Below are positions 18,864 to 29,526 of a stretch of DNA of 64,000 nt, one piece after another. The stretch lies in the IMG/VR virus record IMGVR_UViG_2061766007_000920; one strand, written 5' to 3'. How positions within the stretch are numbered: position 1 is the stretch's first letter; the number at the start of each line of letters is the position of its first letter. The position numbers were made by a program, and so were the translations under genes. This DNA is from an uncultured virus (IMG/VR IMGVR_UViG_2061766007_000920) (taxonomy: Duplodnaviria; Heunggongvirae; Uroviricota; Caudoviricetes). Below the pieces are notes generated by a model, which did no database searches, was not told the origin of the DNA, and saw only the letters and a program-made list of their open reading frames with translations.

Positions 18864-19367
18864 TTGAAGCTATTAGCAAGCGTTTTATCTATTTCGCTGG
18901 TTTTCTTGCAACCGGCAGTATCAAACAATGAAAGTTATCTGAATCAATCTATATCAGATGAAGTACCAGAGGATTTAATTGAATATTTTGAGTGTGTGGC
19001 CGCAAGCTATAACATTTGCCCTGAGTTCTTGGAAGCTATTGCTTATTATGAATCAAGGTATGATGCAAGTGTTAAAAACGGCAATCACTACGGACTTATG
19101 CAGATAAACGTGAGAGTTCACGCCAAAAGGATTAAAAAATTTGGCTGGACTAAAAAAGATATGCTTGAGCCTTACAAGAATCTTACGATAGCGGCGGATT
19201 TTCTTTCTGATCTATATGAGAAGTACGAAGATACGGCTATGGTGGTTCTATTGTACACAGGGAACAAAAAAGCACTACATGATTACTTAAGAAATGGAAC
19301 GCTACCAGATCAGGCACAAAAGATACTTGATAAGAGCTATGAGCTTGAGCGGATTCATGGCAAATAA
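18864..19367 (+). CDS. Secreted lytic transglycosylase (SLT-domain)
   Basis: Signal peptide, AIAYYESRY (catalytic Glu), GLMQIN motif. Confidence 0.82.
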   Translation: MKLLASVLSISLVFLQPAVSNNESYLNQSISDEVPEDLIEYFECVAASYNICPEFLEAIAYYESRYDASVKNGNHYGLMQINVRVHAKRIKKFGWTKKDMLEPYKNLTIAADFLSDLYEKYEDTAMVVLLYTGNKKALHDYLRNGTLPDQAQKILDKSYELERIHGK

Positions 19368-19478
19368 AAAAGGGCTTATTTATGGCGAAATAAGCCCCGA
19401 CAGGAAAACAATAATGGCGGCTACCAACCACCACAAAACCATGTTTAATTATACCAATTAACGAAGGAAAAAACAATT

Positions 19479-19733
19479 ATGAGTGATAAAGCAAAAGAGA
19501 TTATCAAAAGCGAGATAACAGAGAAGTATGGGCGTGAAAACATAATGATTGTTGAAAACATCAAAATGAGAAGTGCTCTTTTACTTCTCAAGAGAAAGGC
19601 AACGGCTCAAATGACAGCAACAAAAAACACTTGCTTCTTAACTGAGGATGATATCAATGATGTTTTATGCGTTGCTGATATGGAGATTGAGCCGCTTAAA
19701 GAATTGGAGGTTATTAATGCTAAAAAGCTATGA
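19479..19733 (+). CDS. Hypothetical protein
   Basis: 84-aa ORF overlapping next gene start. Confidence 0.6.
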   Translation: MSDKAKEIIKSEITEKYGRENIMIVENIKMRSALLLLKRKATAQMTATKNTCFLTEDDINDVLCVADMEIEPLKELEVINAKKL

Positions 19734-20364
19734 AGAGCTTAGGCAAATCGACGTTGCTAAGTATTGTAAAGACCGTGACGGGTTCAAATATCTAAATTGG
19801 GCTAAGTGCATAGAGCTCTTACATGAAAACGGGGCGGAGGTTGTCTATTTTGAGCCCGTAGCCAATGCAGAAACAGGCTCTAGCCTTATTATGACGGATA
19901 TAGTTTTTGGAGAAAAAGATAAGGCTAACAGGTGCTACGAAACCAAGATCAAGGTAGTTATTGATGATAAAACATATTATATGCAAACGCCGGTGCTTAA
20001 TGGGAAGAACCCAGTAAGAGATAGTTATCTTAATCAACAGCTTGTTTGGAACTCTATGTGCAGAGCCTTTGTTAAATGCGTTGCAATCAGAACGGGATTA
20101 GGGTTTTCTATGTGGATCAAAGAGGAAACCGAAGAGGAAAAGCCAACATTTGAACAGGCTCCAGAGATTGGCGGCCTTGCAACAGCGGCGGACATTAAAT
20201 GTATTAAGCATTATGGGGAAGTGTTCCATCTTGATCTTGATAAATGGATTAAAGACAACGGGGCAACTTGGGAAACACTTACAGGAATGCAAGCTGCACA
20301 AATGCATAGAACACTTCTTAAAAATTTTGGTGAATTAGAGTATGGAGATAACCGGAAAACCTGA
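19717..20364 (+). CDS. Single-strand annealing recombinase (Sak/DUF1071-like)
   Basis: KYLNWAK and RAFVKCVAIRTGLG motifs. Confidence 0.75.
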   Translation: MLKSYEELRQIDVAKYCKDRDGFKYLNWAKCIELLHENGAEVVYFEPVANAETGSSLIMTDIVFGEKDKANRCYETKIKVVIDDKTYYMQTPVLNGKNPVRDSYLNQQLVWNSMCRAFVKCVAIRTGLGFSMWIKEETEEEKPTFEQAPEIGGLATAADIKCIKHYGEVFHLDLDKWIKDNGATWETLTGMQAAQMHRTLLKNFGELEYGDNRKT

Positions 20365-20893
20365 AAGGCTTGTTTTGTTCTTAATGCAAGCGCCAAAAGA
20401 TAAAGTTTATTGCCTTAAGGAAAAGAAAGAAAAGCGTAGCCTTTCACAAAATTCTTATTACTGGGTGCTACTTGGTAAGGTTGCGATCAAAGCCAAAGTA
20501 CCAGCTTCAGTTTTACATAATAAAAATTTGCGCGATTTAGGGCTTGTTATGAGGTTAAACGACGAACTTATAACAGTTTATATACCAGATACAGAAGAGG
20601 CCGAAAATGAGGCTCTAGGCGCTGATACGTACCACTTAAAACCGACCTCACATCTTAAGGCGGGTAAAAACGGGAAAATGTTCAGGGCTTACGTGATGCT
20701 TAGAGGGAGCTCTACGTTTAACGTTCACGAAATGACCGCATTGCTTGATTTAATGATTCAAGAGGCTGTTTCTGTTGGGGTAGACATAATAAGCCCTGAA
20801 GAGTTAGCACACATAAGGGAGCTTGAATATGCACGAGAGAACAAAAGCCGTAGCAATAAAGCCAGCGGTACGGCTGAAAGTGGAGGCGCGTGA
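20342..20893 (+). CDS. NinB-like recombination protein
   Basis: KRSLSQNSYYW and GSSTFNVHEMTALLD motifs. Confidence 0.75.
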   Translation: MEITGKPERLVLFLMQAPKDKVYCLKEKKEKRSLSQNSYYWVLLGKVAIKAKVPASVLHNKNLRDLGLVMRLNDELITVYIPDTEEAENEALGADTYHLKPTSHLKAGKNGKMFRAYVMLRGSSTFNVHEMTALLDLMIQEAVSVGVDIISPEELAHIRELEYARENKSRSNKASGTAESGGA

Positions 20894-21134
20894 TAATCAT
20901 TGTTGTATCTTTTGCGGAAGCCCACACGCAAGAGGGGAAGCGCACTTTATAAATCGTTCACAGGGCGGGCTAGGCATAGAAGAGAACCTTGTAACAGTAT
21001 GCCGAGCTTGTCACGCGCAAATGGACGACGGGCAAGCAAGAACGATCTATAGGAACTTTGCAGAAAGCTACTTAAAAACCTTATATCCAGATTGGGATAA
21101 GGCAAAGCTTGTTTACGACAAGCATAAAAATTGA
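20829..21134 (+). CDS. Small HNH-family nuclease
   Basis: RDNHCCIFCG...AHFINRSQGG...NLVTVCRACH. Confidence 0.78.
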   Translation: MHERTKAVAIKPAVRLKVEARDNHCCIFCGSPHARGEAHFINRSQGGLGIEENLVTVCRACHAQMDDGQARTIYRNFAESYLKTLYPDWDKAKLVYDKHKN

Positions 21135-21206
21135 AACCTTCCCAGAGGTGGGAATTTATCACACAAATATCCGGTTCCTTTTGGAGCCGGAGAAAGGGGG
21201 AGAGCA

Positions 21207-21401
21207 ATGAGCTCAAAAATTACACATGAATTCAACTCAGATTTTGATAAGGTGCTTGACGAAGCCAGAACAGGCAAGTTACCCAAGCCAAAGCTTAGAT
21301 TTTATATGCCGGCATACTACGGAACCAGCTTGAGCGGTGAAGGTATGGGCATATACGACGGTAGAAAGCTTGTTGCTAAGGTTAATGAGCGTAAGAAATA
21401 A
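21207..21401 (+). CDS. Hypothetical protein
   Basis: AAAGGGGG RBS, 64 aa. Confidence 0.5.
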   Translation: MSSKITHEFNSDFDKVLDEARTGKLPKPKLRFYMPAYYGTSLSGEGMGIYDGRKLVAKVNERKK

Positions 21402-22128
21402 ACGTAACAGCTTTATCCTCTATACAGATTACTCAGATCATATTGATAGCCTCACACTTGAGGAAAAAGGGCTTTTGTTTGAAGCCTTACTTGAATATGC
21501 CAAAGGAATAGAAGTTGAGCTTTCCGGAGCTGTTAAAGTGGCTTTTAGCTTTATCAAAGCACAGATTGATAGAGATTCTGAAAAGTATGAGGAAGTGTGC
21601 GAAAAAAGAAGGAGTGCGGGAAAGAAAGGGGGAGCACCCAAAGGCAATAAGAACGCCGAAAAAACAACCAAAAACAACCAAAAACAACCAAAAACAACCA
21701 AAAACAACCTAAAACAAACAAAACAACCTGATAATGATAATGATAATGATAATGATAATGATAATGATAATGATAATGATAATGAGAATGATATTAATAC
21801 AAAAACTAAAGAATCAAAAAAGAGTACCAGAAAAAAGTTTATCATTCCCAGCGTTGAGGAAGTCAGGGCATATTGTCAGCAAAGAAATAACAGGGTTGAC
21901 CCAGTGGCTTTTATTGCCTATTACACCGCTAAAGATTGGATGATTGGCAAGAATAAAATGAAAGATTGGAAAGCGGCGGTTATTACGTGGGAAAGACGAG
22001 CGAAACAGGCAGATAAAAGCCTTGAGTTTAATAGGCGCATGGTTGTTGATGATGAGTTTTTTAGGAAAAAGATAGGGGGAGAGGATGACAAAACAAGAGA
22101 CTTGGAAACTTATAGCGGTTATGCGTAG
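21385..22128 (+). CDS. Replication initiator (DUF6291-like N-terminus)
   Basis: NSFILY, GKKGGAPKGNKNA, internal iteron repeats, PSVEEVRAYC...MKDWKAAVITWE C-terminus. Confidence 0.85.
   Translation: MSVRNKRNSFILYTDYSDHIDSLTLEEKGLLFEALLEYAKGIEVELSGAVKVAFSFIKAQIDRDSEKYEEVCEKRRSAGKKGGAPKGNKNAEKTTKNNQKQPKTTKNNLKQTKQPDNDNDNDNDNDNDNDNDNENDINTKTKESKKSTRKKFIIPSVEEVRAYCQQRNNRVDPVAFIAYYTAKDWMIGKNKMKDWKAAVITWERRAKQADKSLEFNRRMVVDDEFFRKKIGGEDDKTRDLETYSGYA
21661..21728 (+). repeat. 10-bp tandem iterons AAAACAACCA (putative origin)
   Basis: Four perfect plus ~3 degenerate copies inside the initiator gene. Confidence 0.75.
21730..21783 (+). repeat. (GATAAT)9 microsatellite encoding (DN)9
   Basis: Nine perfect copies directly after the iterons. 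Confidence 0.95.
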
Positions 22129-22624
22129 CGCTTACCCTAAGACCTATGAAAAGTTCACAGAAGAGGATTTTGAGCACCTTTGCTCTGTGATGTTTATGTG
22201 TCTTGAAGAGTTTAGTTATCAACAGGCGGCGCTAGGCTTAAAAATGTTTCTCATGAACGATACTAAGGGCTTCCCACCTGTTGCGGGGCAGATTATCGAG
22301 CAGATCAGGAAGATAACGCCAAAGCCTATAGAGCTTGACGGGTTACAGGCTTGGAATCTTGTCATGAAGGGGATCCGTAACGGCACATACGGGGCGGAAA
22401 AGGAATTTAATAATTTGCCGGAGCTGGTTCAAAAGACTATCGGAAGCCCTCAGTATTTACGCGACGAAGCATCAAACAGCGGCTTCAATCTGGATGTAGC
22501 CAAGGGGCAATTTTTGAAAAACTACGAGAACACGCTTAAACGTGAGGCGGAACTAAGTAAGATACCGTTAAGCGTGAGGATTGAGGCGGATAAGCTCTTA
22601 AGGATTGGCGAAAATGAAGTGTGA
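22085..22624 (+). CDS. Helicase loader/inhibitor (G39P-like)
   Basis: MTKQET...AYP, KGFPPVAGQI; follows initiator. Confidence 0.72.
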   Translation: MTKQETWKLIAVMRSAYPKTYEKFTEEDFEHLCSVMFMCLEEFSYQQAALGLKMFLMNDTKGFPPVAGQIIEQIRKITPKPIELDGLQAWNLVMKGIRNGTYGAEKEFNNLPELVQKTIGSPQYLRDEASNSGFNLDVAKGQFLKNYENTLKREAELSKIPLSVRIEADKLLRIGENEV

Positions 22625-24143
22625 TCTTAATTGTTTAAATTGCAAGCTTCCTGAGTGCATAGAAAATACCAAGGCCACACAAAAGCCTAAGAAAGACCGT
22701 ACCGCCTACTTTCAGAAGTGGTATCAAGAGCATAAATATGAGCTAAAAAAGAAACGGTTAACGGAGACACTTGCAAGAAAGGGCAATAAGAAAATGATTT
22801 GTGAAAATTGCGGGTGTGAGATTACGGGGAACTGGCTCAAATATAAGGGGAAATGCTTTTGTCGTAAAGACAATGATTCGTGCTTTAAAGATTGGCTTTA
22901 CGATCAGACAGATGGAGAATGTGAGTACGGAACAATGCTTGATGGAGAGGAAGTCCAGCTTGCGCCGAGTTGGACAGAAGAGTATCTAAATACGCTAGGA
23001 CTAAGCAAGAAAGATTTTTGAGGTGGGTTATGAAGGATTGCACGGGGCAAATGAGCATTTTTGACTTTATTCCGGAGAAAGAAACAAGGTATATGTTGGA
23101 TGTTCGGGGATTGTGTGATGATGCTTATTGCCCTAAGTGCAATTACGGATTTAACGAGTTAAAAGAGCTTGATTGCAATAGATGCCCAAGTTGCGGGGTA
23201 TTGGTTGATTGGAGCTTTTGGCACAGGTGTAACGATAACGACTAAGGGAGGTAACAAGATGGGTACAGTTGATACAGTGGAATTAAAAGAAAACACAGGT
23301 TGCAAGGAAGTTTTAAGCCATTTATATGACGATATGCTTAAGATTTACGAAGATAGTCTTTATGCTTCTGAGCAGTTAGGCGTTAATAGATGCCTTGAAA
23401 CGGTTGAGAAATATATTGAATCTGAGGAATAAAGGGAGGGTAAAGATGTACAACAAAAAAGACGCAATAGAAATACTTAACAACATCAAAAGATATTGCG
23501 AAAATATATCAGAAATATTTTGCTTAGATATGGCTATTTCAAGCCTTGAAAGAAATGATATCAAGCAAAGCAATGTTTTAGATCACATAAACAACCTTGC
23601 AAATGATTATAAGTGCTATGATAACCGGCTAACACATGAGGAAGTGATAGAACTCTATTGTATTTTGGAAATAAGAAAAAATAAGGTTCTGAAGGTATTA
23701 ACCGAATTACGTGATGAGGTTTCAAGGGTATTTGATGATAGTTGCTACACAAAAGAACAACTTGGAGCTGATAAGTGCAAAGAGGTTATTGATGCTTTTA
23801 TCGAAAGAGAGGAAGCAGAAAGGCGAACAAATGACAAAGCTTGAAGCAATAAAATATCTAAGAAGCTCAGGTTTTAGCATAGAACAGATACAGGAAATTA
23901 ACAAAGCTTTTGAAGAGCCCTCTATTATCACGCTGGGCGAACTATGGAATACGACAAAATGCCGAATATTCAATGAATGCACCGGCGATTATATCAATTT
24001 TAACGAAATGCAAGATAACAAAAATTGCATTATCAAGAAAATAAAGATTTATTTCGACCCGTTTAATTTTGTCCACGCAATAGCGGTTATTTTGGGAGAA
24101 GAAAAAAGAAAATGGGAAAGAGAGAATATACAGGAGGCAGAGA

Positions 24144-24554
24144 ATGACGAGAGCGGAAGCTATTGATCTGTGTAAAAATTTAAAACTTTTCATGGAAATA
24201 AATGATAAATTATATGCTAATAAATTTCTGGAATCGTATCACGTTGCTCTTAGCATGGCAACAAACGCCCTTAGTGAAGTTTCTGAGCTCCAAGCAATCA
24301 ATCTTGATCTTGCTTCAGAGAATGAGAATCTATTAGAACAGATTCAGGAAATGAAAGCCAAAGCATGGATCCCTGTTACTGAGAGATTGCCCGAAGTGGA
24401 AGGGGCTACAAGGTGCTTAGTTACTGTTGACAATTACGGAATTGATGCTTACACAGCAATTCGAACATATTTCCCTGAAACAAAGAATTTTAACGATACT
24501 GTAATAGCATGGATGCAATTACTGGAACCATATAAAGAGGGAAATGAGGAATGA
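24144..24554 (+). CDS. DUF551-domain protein
   Basis: WIPVTERLPE...VIAWMQLLEPY. Confidence 0.75.
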   Translation: MTRAEAIDLCKNLKLFMEINDKLYANKFLESYHVALSMATNALSEVSELQAINLDLASENENLLEQIQEMKAKAWIPVTERLPEVEGATRCLVTVDNYGIDAYTAIRTYFPETKNFNDTVIAWMQLLEPYKEGNEE

Positions 24555-25104
24555 CAAGAGAAGAAAAATTACATTGGTTAAACGTAGAAATACAGACTTG
24601 GGAAAACGATTGTCAGAGCAAGCATCCTATCAAAGAAGCACTTTATGCGGCGCGTAAGGCATTAGAGCAAGAGCCTTGTGAGGATGCGGTAAGTAGAGCA
24701 GAAGTAAAAAAGATTGCAAAAGAAATGTATCTTGAAGTTGCAAACATGGAGCTTGATGTTAAAACAATTTCTGATTGTATATCTTACACAGCAAGTAAAT
24801 GTAGAGAAGTGCTTGAAAGAAAATTGCAAGTCTTGTCCTCAGTAACACCGCAAGAGCCTATACTTGAAAAAGACGGAACACTTATTGTAACTACCGAGCA
24901 TTGCGAAAAAGTTGGCAGGGTACTTGTACAATACGGCACAAACGGAACTCTATTTTATCAAGATCAAGAGCCAAGCAAAGGGCATTGGGTAACAAAACCT
25001 AATGTTTTCGGGGTTGCATATTGCTCAGAATGTGGCTTTGAGTTGAGAATTGATAACACAAATTTCTGCCCGAATTGTGGTGCAGATATGAGGGAGGGCG
25101 AGGA

Positions 25105-25458
25105 ATGACAAGAGAGGAAGCAATAAAAGTACTAGAAATGTTTTTACATAAACAATGCGATTTAGGTAGAACTGAATTTGCTTACGATCAACTTACAATA
25201 TGGGATGCTGTGAAAATGGCTAGTGATGCGTTAGAACAAGAGCTAAGTTGGATTCCTGTTGCTGAGAGATTACCCCAAGAAAGCAGAATGTTTCTTGTTA
25301 CATTAGTAGATAAAGAAGATGATTATGTATGTATTGATGTTGCGTGGTATGCACACCCAAACGATTATTCAATAGAATTTGGAGAGTGGCGAGAGGTTCC
25401 GAAAAGCGAAAAAGTAATAGCATGGATGCAATTACCGGAACCATATAAAGGAGAATAG
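25105..25458 (+). CDS. DUF551-domain protein
   Basis: MTREEA start; WIPVAERLP...VIAWMQLPEPY. Confidence 0.78.
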   Translation: MTREEAIKVLEMFLHKQCDLGRTEFAYDQLTIWDAVKMASDALEQELSWIPVAERLPQESRMFLVTLVDKEDDYVCIDVAWYAHPNDYSIEFGEWREVPKSEKVIAWMQLPEPYKGE

Positions 25459-25773
25459 TATATGAAAGTAGTAATTGATATCCCTAAATTAGAATGTGAT
25501 AGGCTACGGAGAGATGCCGGATGGACTAACTTAGAGATATATAGAAAATTAATCAAAGATGCTATAGAGGTTGCCGACAACGAAACAAAAAGAGGTAAAC
25601 AGGATGGAAAACAATCAAATTGAAAGAGAATTATTTTTTGCTGATATGATTATTGGCCTAATAGATAACGTTGAAAGGCCAATACTTTTATATGAAGGAG
25701 AAAAAGAGGTAGTTAAGAAAGCCCTTAATGAGTACATTGATAAGCTTAAGAGCGAACAGCGAGGAAGATAAAA

Positions 25774-26112
25774 ATGAGGAAACTTGAAGAGCTGAATAAA
25801 AAAGTTATGTGGGTTAGGGATTATAAAGTACCATATGGCATTAAGGCGGGCTATATAAATCTTCCGAGCGGCATAAAGGCTCAAGTAATTGTTGGATTTG
25901 CAGAAAATGGCTGGGAGCACGTAAGTGTGAAGCTTTTAGCAAGAAGGTTGCCTACTTGGGATGAAATGCAATATATCAAAGAAGTATTCTGGGAAGATGA
26001 AGAAGAGGTTGTTCAGATGCATCCCAAGAAAAGCCAATACATAAATATTGCAGAAGCTTTACATCTGTGGCGGCCTGTTGACGGTGATTGGAATTTAATC
26101 AAGAAGGGGTAA
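25774..26112 (+). CDS. Conserved phage protein (WEHVSV...PTWDEM...LHLW family)
   Basis: Recognisable conserved motif set; function unknown. Confidence 0.65.
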   Translation: MRKLEELNKKVMWVRDYKVPYGIKAGYINLPSGIKAQVIVGFAENGWEHVSVKLLARRLPTWDEMQYIKEVFWEDEEEVVQMHPKKSQYINIAEALHLWRPVDGDWNLIKKG

Positions 26113-26388
26113 GTATGAATTACTTAGAAGCTTGTAGCTTTTGCGAAACTCTGAAGCAATCAATACGAGACAGGATTATACACGAGAAAAACGTTAATAA
26201 AGAGTATTCGGTTGCTTTAGTTGAAGAAATTTATGATCTTGAGGGCAATTTTAAATGTCAGTTAAGATTTGGAGGGCATGATTTAAAATATTGCCCACAA
26301 TGTGGCAAAAGATTAAATATTTGGCTTATGTCAAAACAGATTGAGGATAATATAAAACTATTTAGATATAAAGAATGAAAGGGGATAT

Positions 26389-26592
26389 ATGGATAATCAT
26401 AAAAATCCGGTTCGCGGGATAACTTACACAGAGCTCTTACAAGTAATGCTCATAGGGCTTAAGCTTACCCACTTAATCAAATAGAGCTGGTTCTGGGTGT
26501 TTATTCCTACATGAGGCTCTTTATTATTTGTAATTATATATGTTTGTGTAATTTCTCTGTATTGCATTATTAAAAGGCATTTGCACAAATAA
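26389..26592 (+). pseudogene. Small membrane protein (LKL..I.WSW.WV..P.W family) with two in-frame stops
   Basis: RBS AAAGGGG, ATG 26389; TAG 26482 and TGA 26512 fall where the family has Trp; natural stop TAA 26590. Confidence 0.65.
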
Positions 26593-27583
26593 AAATGTTG
26601 ATTTTAGCATAAATACTGAGATAATCGTATTTGTGCAATAAAAAAATAAGGGAGATAAAGGTATGAGTAAGGAAAAACAAAAGGATGAGGCGATTAAAAG
26701 GCTCAAGAAGATGGACTTAAAGAGCATAATCTTAGAATCGTTTCAGGACAACGGCAAGTTGTTATGTTCTAATTACGGGGAAATAAAAGAAGTACCGGTT
26801 AACATCCTCAAGCAGATCAGAAGATGGGAAGAGCAGTTTGGAGGGCTTGCCTTCCATGTAATCTATAGCGAGCTATACGGCTTTAAAATTTATAGTGCGC
26901 TTTCTGTTTCAAAATATCCGGAAGATTGGCTCTATGAAAACGCGGCTCTTGAAGATAAATGGCCTATAGCCTATACAATCAATCTTACAGAGCCGGATTT
27001 TTCGGAATCTGGACAAATCAACATAATGAACAATGACGGAATATTATTAAGGATGGTGTAAGGGATGATTATTTGTGAGGAAATGACAAAATTACGAAAA
27101 TGGCTTGATGAGCAAGGTATTAAATGGGAGGATATGTCTGAGGATTTGCTAAAAGATAGCCCTGATGAGCTAATTAGTGAAAGCTGGATTGTAAGAACTA
27201 GATTTATTGTTAATAACAAAAAAAGCTCAGTGATTAATGGCTTTAGCACATACGGCGGGTATAGGTTTAGCCCAGATGATAACGAGGGATTGTTAGAAGA
27301 GTGGGGATTATATGAGCAACCTGTTGGCAATCTTACCGCCGAGGATATTATTAACAAAATAAAGCAAATATTAGGGGAGAAAAAAGCATGAATTTTATCA
27401 AAGCAAAAGAATATTTACAGGAACAGAGGATTATTTTTGCAAAAACAATGAATCCGGAAATGAAAGAGGCACTTGAGGCGGCTGATCTGGCACTAACTAG
27501 GTGTATAGAACAGGAGGCAAATATAACATACATTCCGCCTGATTACCTCAAGAGTATTAAATAATAATTTTATGAGGGGGTTT

Positions 27584-29518
27584 ATGAGCAATATCAAATT
27601 ATCAATTATCATTCCTTGCTACAATGCGGAGCCTTATGTTTTCGAACTTCTTGACCGCCTTAACCCGCAAATAACGGACAAAGTAGAAGTTATTCTTGTG
27701 GATGATGGTAGTGATAAGCCTGTTGAATCAAATTACAAGTGGCTTAGGATTGAGCGCCAAGAAAACAAAGGTTGTGCAACGGCAAGGAATAAGGGGCTAG
27801 ACCTTACAAGCGGCGAATATGTTTCATTTATTGATGCTGATGATCTTGTATCAGTAAGATTTGTTCAATCTGTATTTGAAACAATTAAACAAAAGCCGGA
27901 TGTAATAGAACTATCTTGGAGAAACTACGGAAATGGAGCAAAGCATGATTACAAGCTTAATTCCCTGAAAGACAGGCTTCCTAATCCTTCTGTTTGTACC
28001 AGAGTTTTCAGAAGGGCATTTATTGGGGATGTAAGATTTAATGTTAAAAAGGATTCAACAGAGGATGAGGATTTTTCAAGGAAAATAGGCTATCTTATAC
28101 CAGATTCTAAGATAAAACGGGCAATTATAACAGATTATATGTATTTCTATCGTACCGACGTAGTTAATTCTAAGATCAAGAGATACGCCGCCGGTATGAT
28201 GAACACTAAGCGGGTAGTATATTATTATGACGTTGTAACGGCTGATATGAAGTGGCTGTTTGAAGAGATCAAGGAAGAGGATGAGATCAACGAAGTATAT
28301 CTCATGACAAACAGGTGCGACCTTAAGGGGATTGAGCGCTATTGCAAGGTTATTAAGCCCCGAAGTTTCTGGGGACATATAGTAAGAGGCCAGCCATATG
28401 CTCCACTTGTTGAGAAAACACCGCCCTATAAGACACAAATAGTTTTATATCGCAAAGGAATAACCCAGATTGGCGGCCTTAGTAGTTTTATTGATAACTT
28501 CCTTGATAAGTTTATAGATAAGTACGATATTACAATAATGGCTGATACAATCGACGTTATAAGGCTTAACCAGTGGCGAAAGAAAGTTAAGGTTATAGCG
28601 GCAAAGGTTAAGGAAAACGGGGCGATCAGGAACCTTGTAAGCGAAGCACCTTTTGTTATGTGTGACAATCTAATTATGCTAAGTTTCCTTGATTCAATCC
28701 CAAACGGAATAAAAGCCAAGAAAATTATCCGGATGTGTCACGCTTGCAAGACGGATGCAAGATGGAGGATTGAACATGATTACAATGATCTTGTTTTTGT
28801 TTCCGAAACGGCTATGAAGTCACACGGTTACTCAAAGGGTGAGTGTAAGGTTATTCACAACTTGATTAAGAAGGATGTAGATAAGGCGCTTATACTTGTT
28901 TCGGCTACGAGATTCCCAGCACCGGATAAGGGTAAGATAGAATTTAGGATGCGAAAGTTGGCGGAAATGCTGAACGAAAAGAAGATTAAATATATTTGGC
29001 TGAATTTCGCCAATGGAAAGCTCAAGGAACCGCCTAATAACTTCTACAACATGGGAACTAGCTCAGATATGGCAAGCATTATTAAGGCGGCTGATTACGT
29101 AGTACAACTTAGTGATTCGGAGTGCTGGTCTTATAGTTGCCTTGAAAGCCTAGTTAATAAGGTTCCTCTGATCTGTACGCCGTTTCCTTCTACTATTGAA
29201 ATGGGGATTATAGACGGGGTTAACGCTCATATAGTTCCTTTTGATATGAACTTTGACGTTACAAAGCTTTTGGATATTCCTGTGTTTGATTATGAGTACG
29301 ACAATGAAAGCATAATGAAACAATGGGTTGAGCTTCTGGGAGATAAGAAGCCACAAACAAGATATGAGCCGGTAGAATCGGTAAGGGTAAGAGTAAGAAG
29401 AACTTATGATGATGTGCTACTAGGAAAGAGGTTATACATAGGCCAAAAACTATATATGGATAGGGAAAGAGCAGATTATTTACAAGACGTAAAGAAACTT
29501 GTAGAGATTATTTTATAG
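27584..29518 (+). CDS. Two-domain glycosyltransferase (GT-A/GT2 plus GT-B-like) with short C-terminal domain
   Basis: LSIIIPCYN, VILVDDGS, ARNKGL, FIDADD; second domain IGGL...HAC...ADYVVQLSDSECWSYSCLESL. Confidence 0.88.
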   Translation: MSNIKLSIIIPCYNAEPYVFELLDRLNPQITDKVEVILVDDGSDKPVESNYKWLRIERQENKGCATARNKGLDLTSGEYVSFIDADDLVSVRFVQSVFETIKQKPDVIELSWRNYGNGAKHDYKLNSLKDRLPNPSVCTRVFRRAFIGDVRFNVKKDSTEDEDFSRKIGYLIPDSKIKRAIITDYMYFYRTDVVNSKIKRYAAGMMNTKRVVYYYDVVTADMKWLFEEIKEEDEINEVYLMTNRCDLKGIERYCKVIKPRSFWGHIVRGQPYAPLVEKTPPYKTQIVLYRKGITQIGGLSSFIDNFLDKFIDKYDITIMADTIDVIRLNQWRKKVKVIAAKVKENGAIRNLVSEAPFVMCDNLIMLSFLDSIPNGIKAKKIIRMCHACKTDARWRIEHDYNDLVFVSETAMKSHGYSKGECKVIHNLIKKDVDKALILVSATRFPAPDKGKIEFRMRKLAEMLNEKKIKYIWLNFANGKLKEPPNNFYNMGTSSDMASIIKAADYVVQLSDSECWSYSCLESLVNKVPLICTPFPSTIEMGIIDGVNAHIVPFDMNFDVTKLLDIPVFDYEYDNESIMKQWVELLGDKKPQTRYEPVESVRVRVRRTYDDVLLGKRLYIGQKLYMDRERADYLQDVKKLVEIIL

Positions 29519-29526
29519 GGGTTTAA

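Larger units (their letters stand above)
22614..27391 (+). other. Cluster of ~16 small early/middle ORFs (hypothetical, Zn-ribbon and DUF551-type)
   Basis: Tightly packed, RBS-preceded ORFs, e.g. 22614-23021, 23030-23245, 23259-23432, 23446-23844, 23831-24166, 24551-25108, 26115-26378, 26663-27061, 27065-27391. Confidence 0.7.

Noticed and set aside
26482..26514. Stop-codon reassignment (TAG/TGA read as Trp)
   Set aside because: TAG and TGA terminate many intact genes in the same genome, and long genes are uninterrupted in code 11
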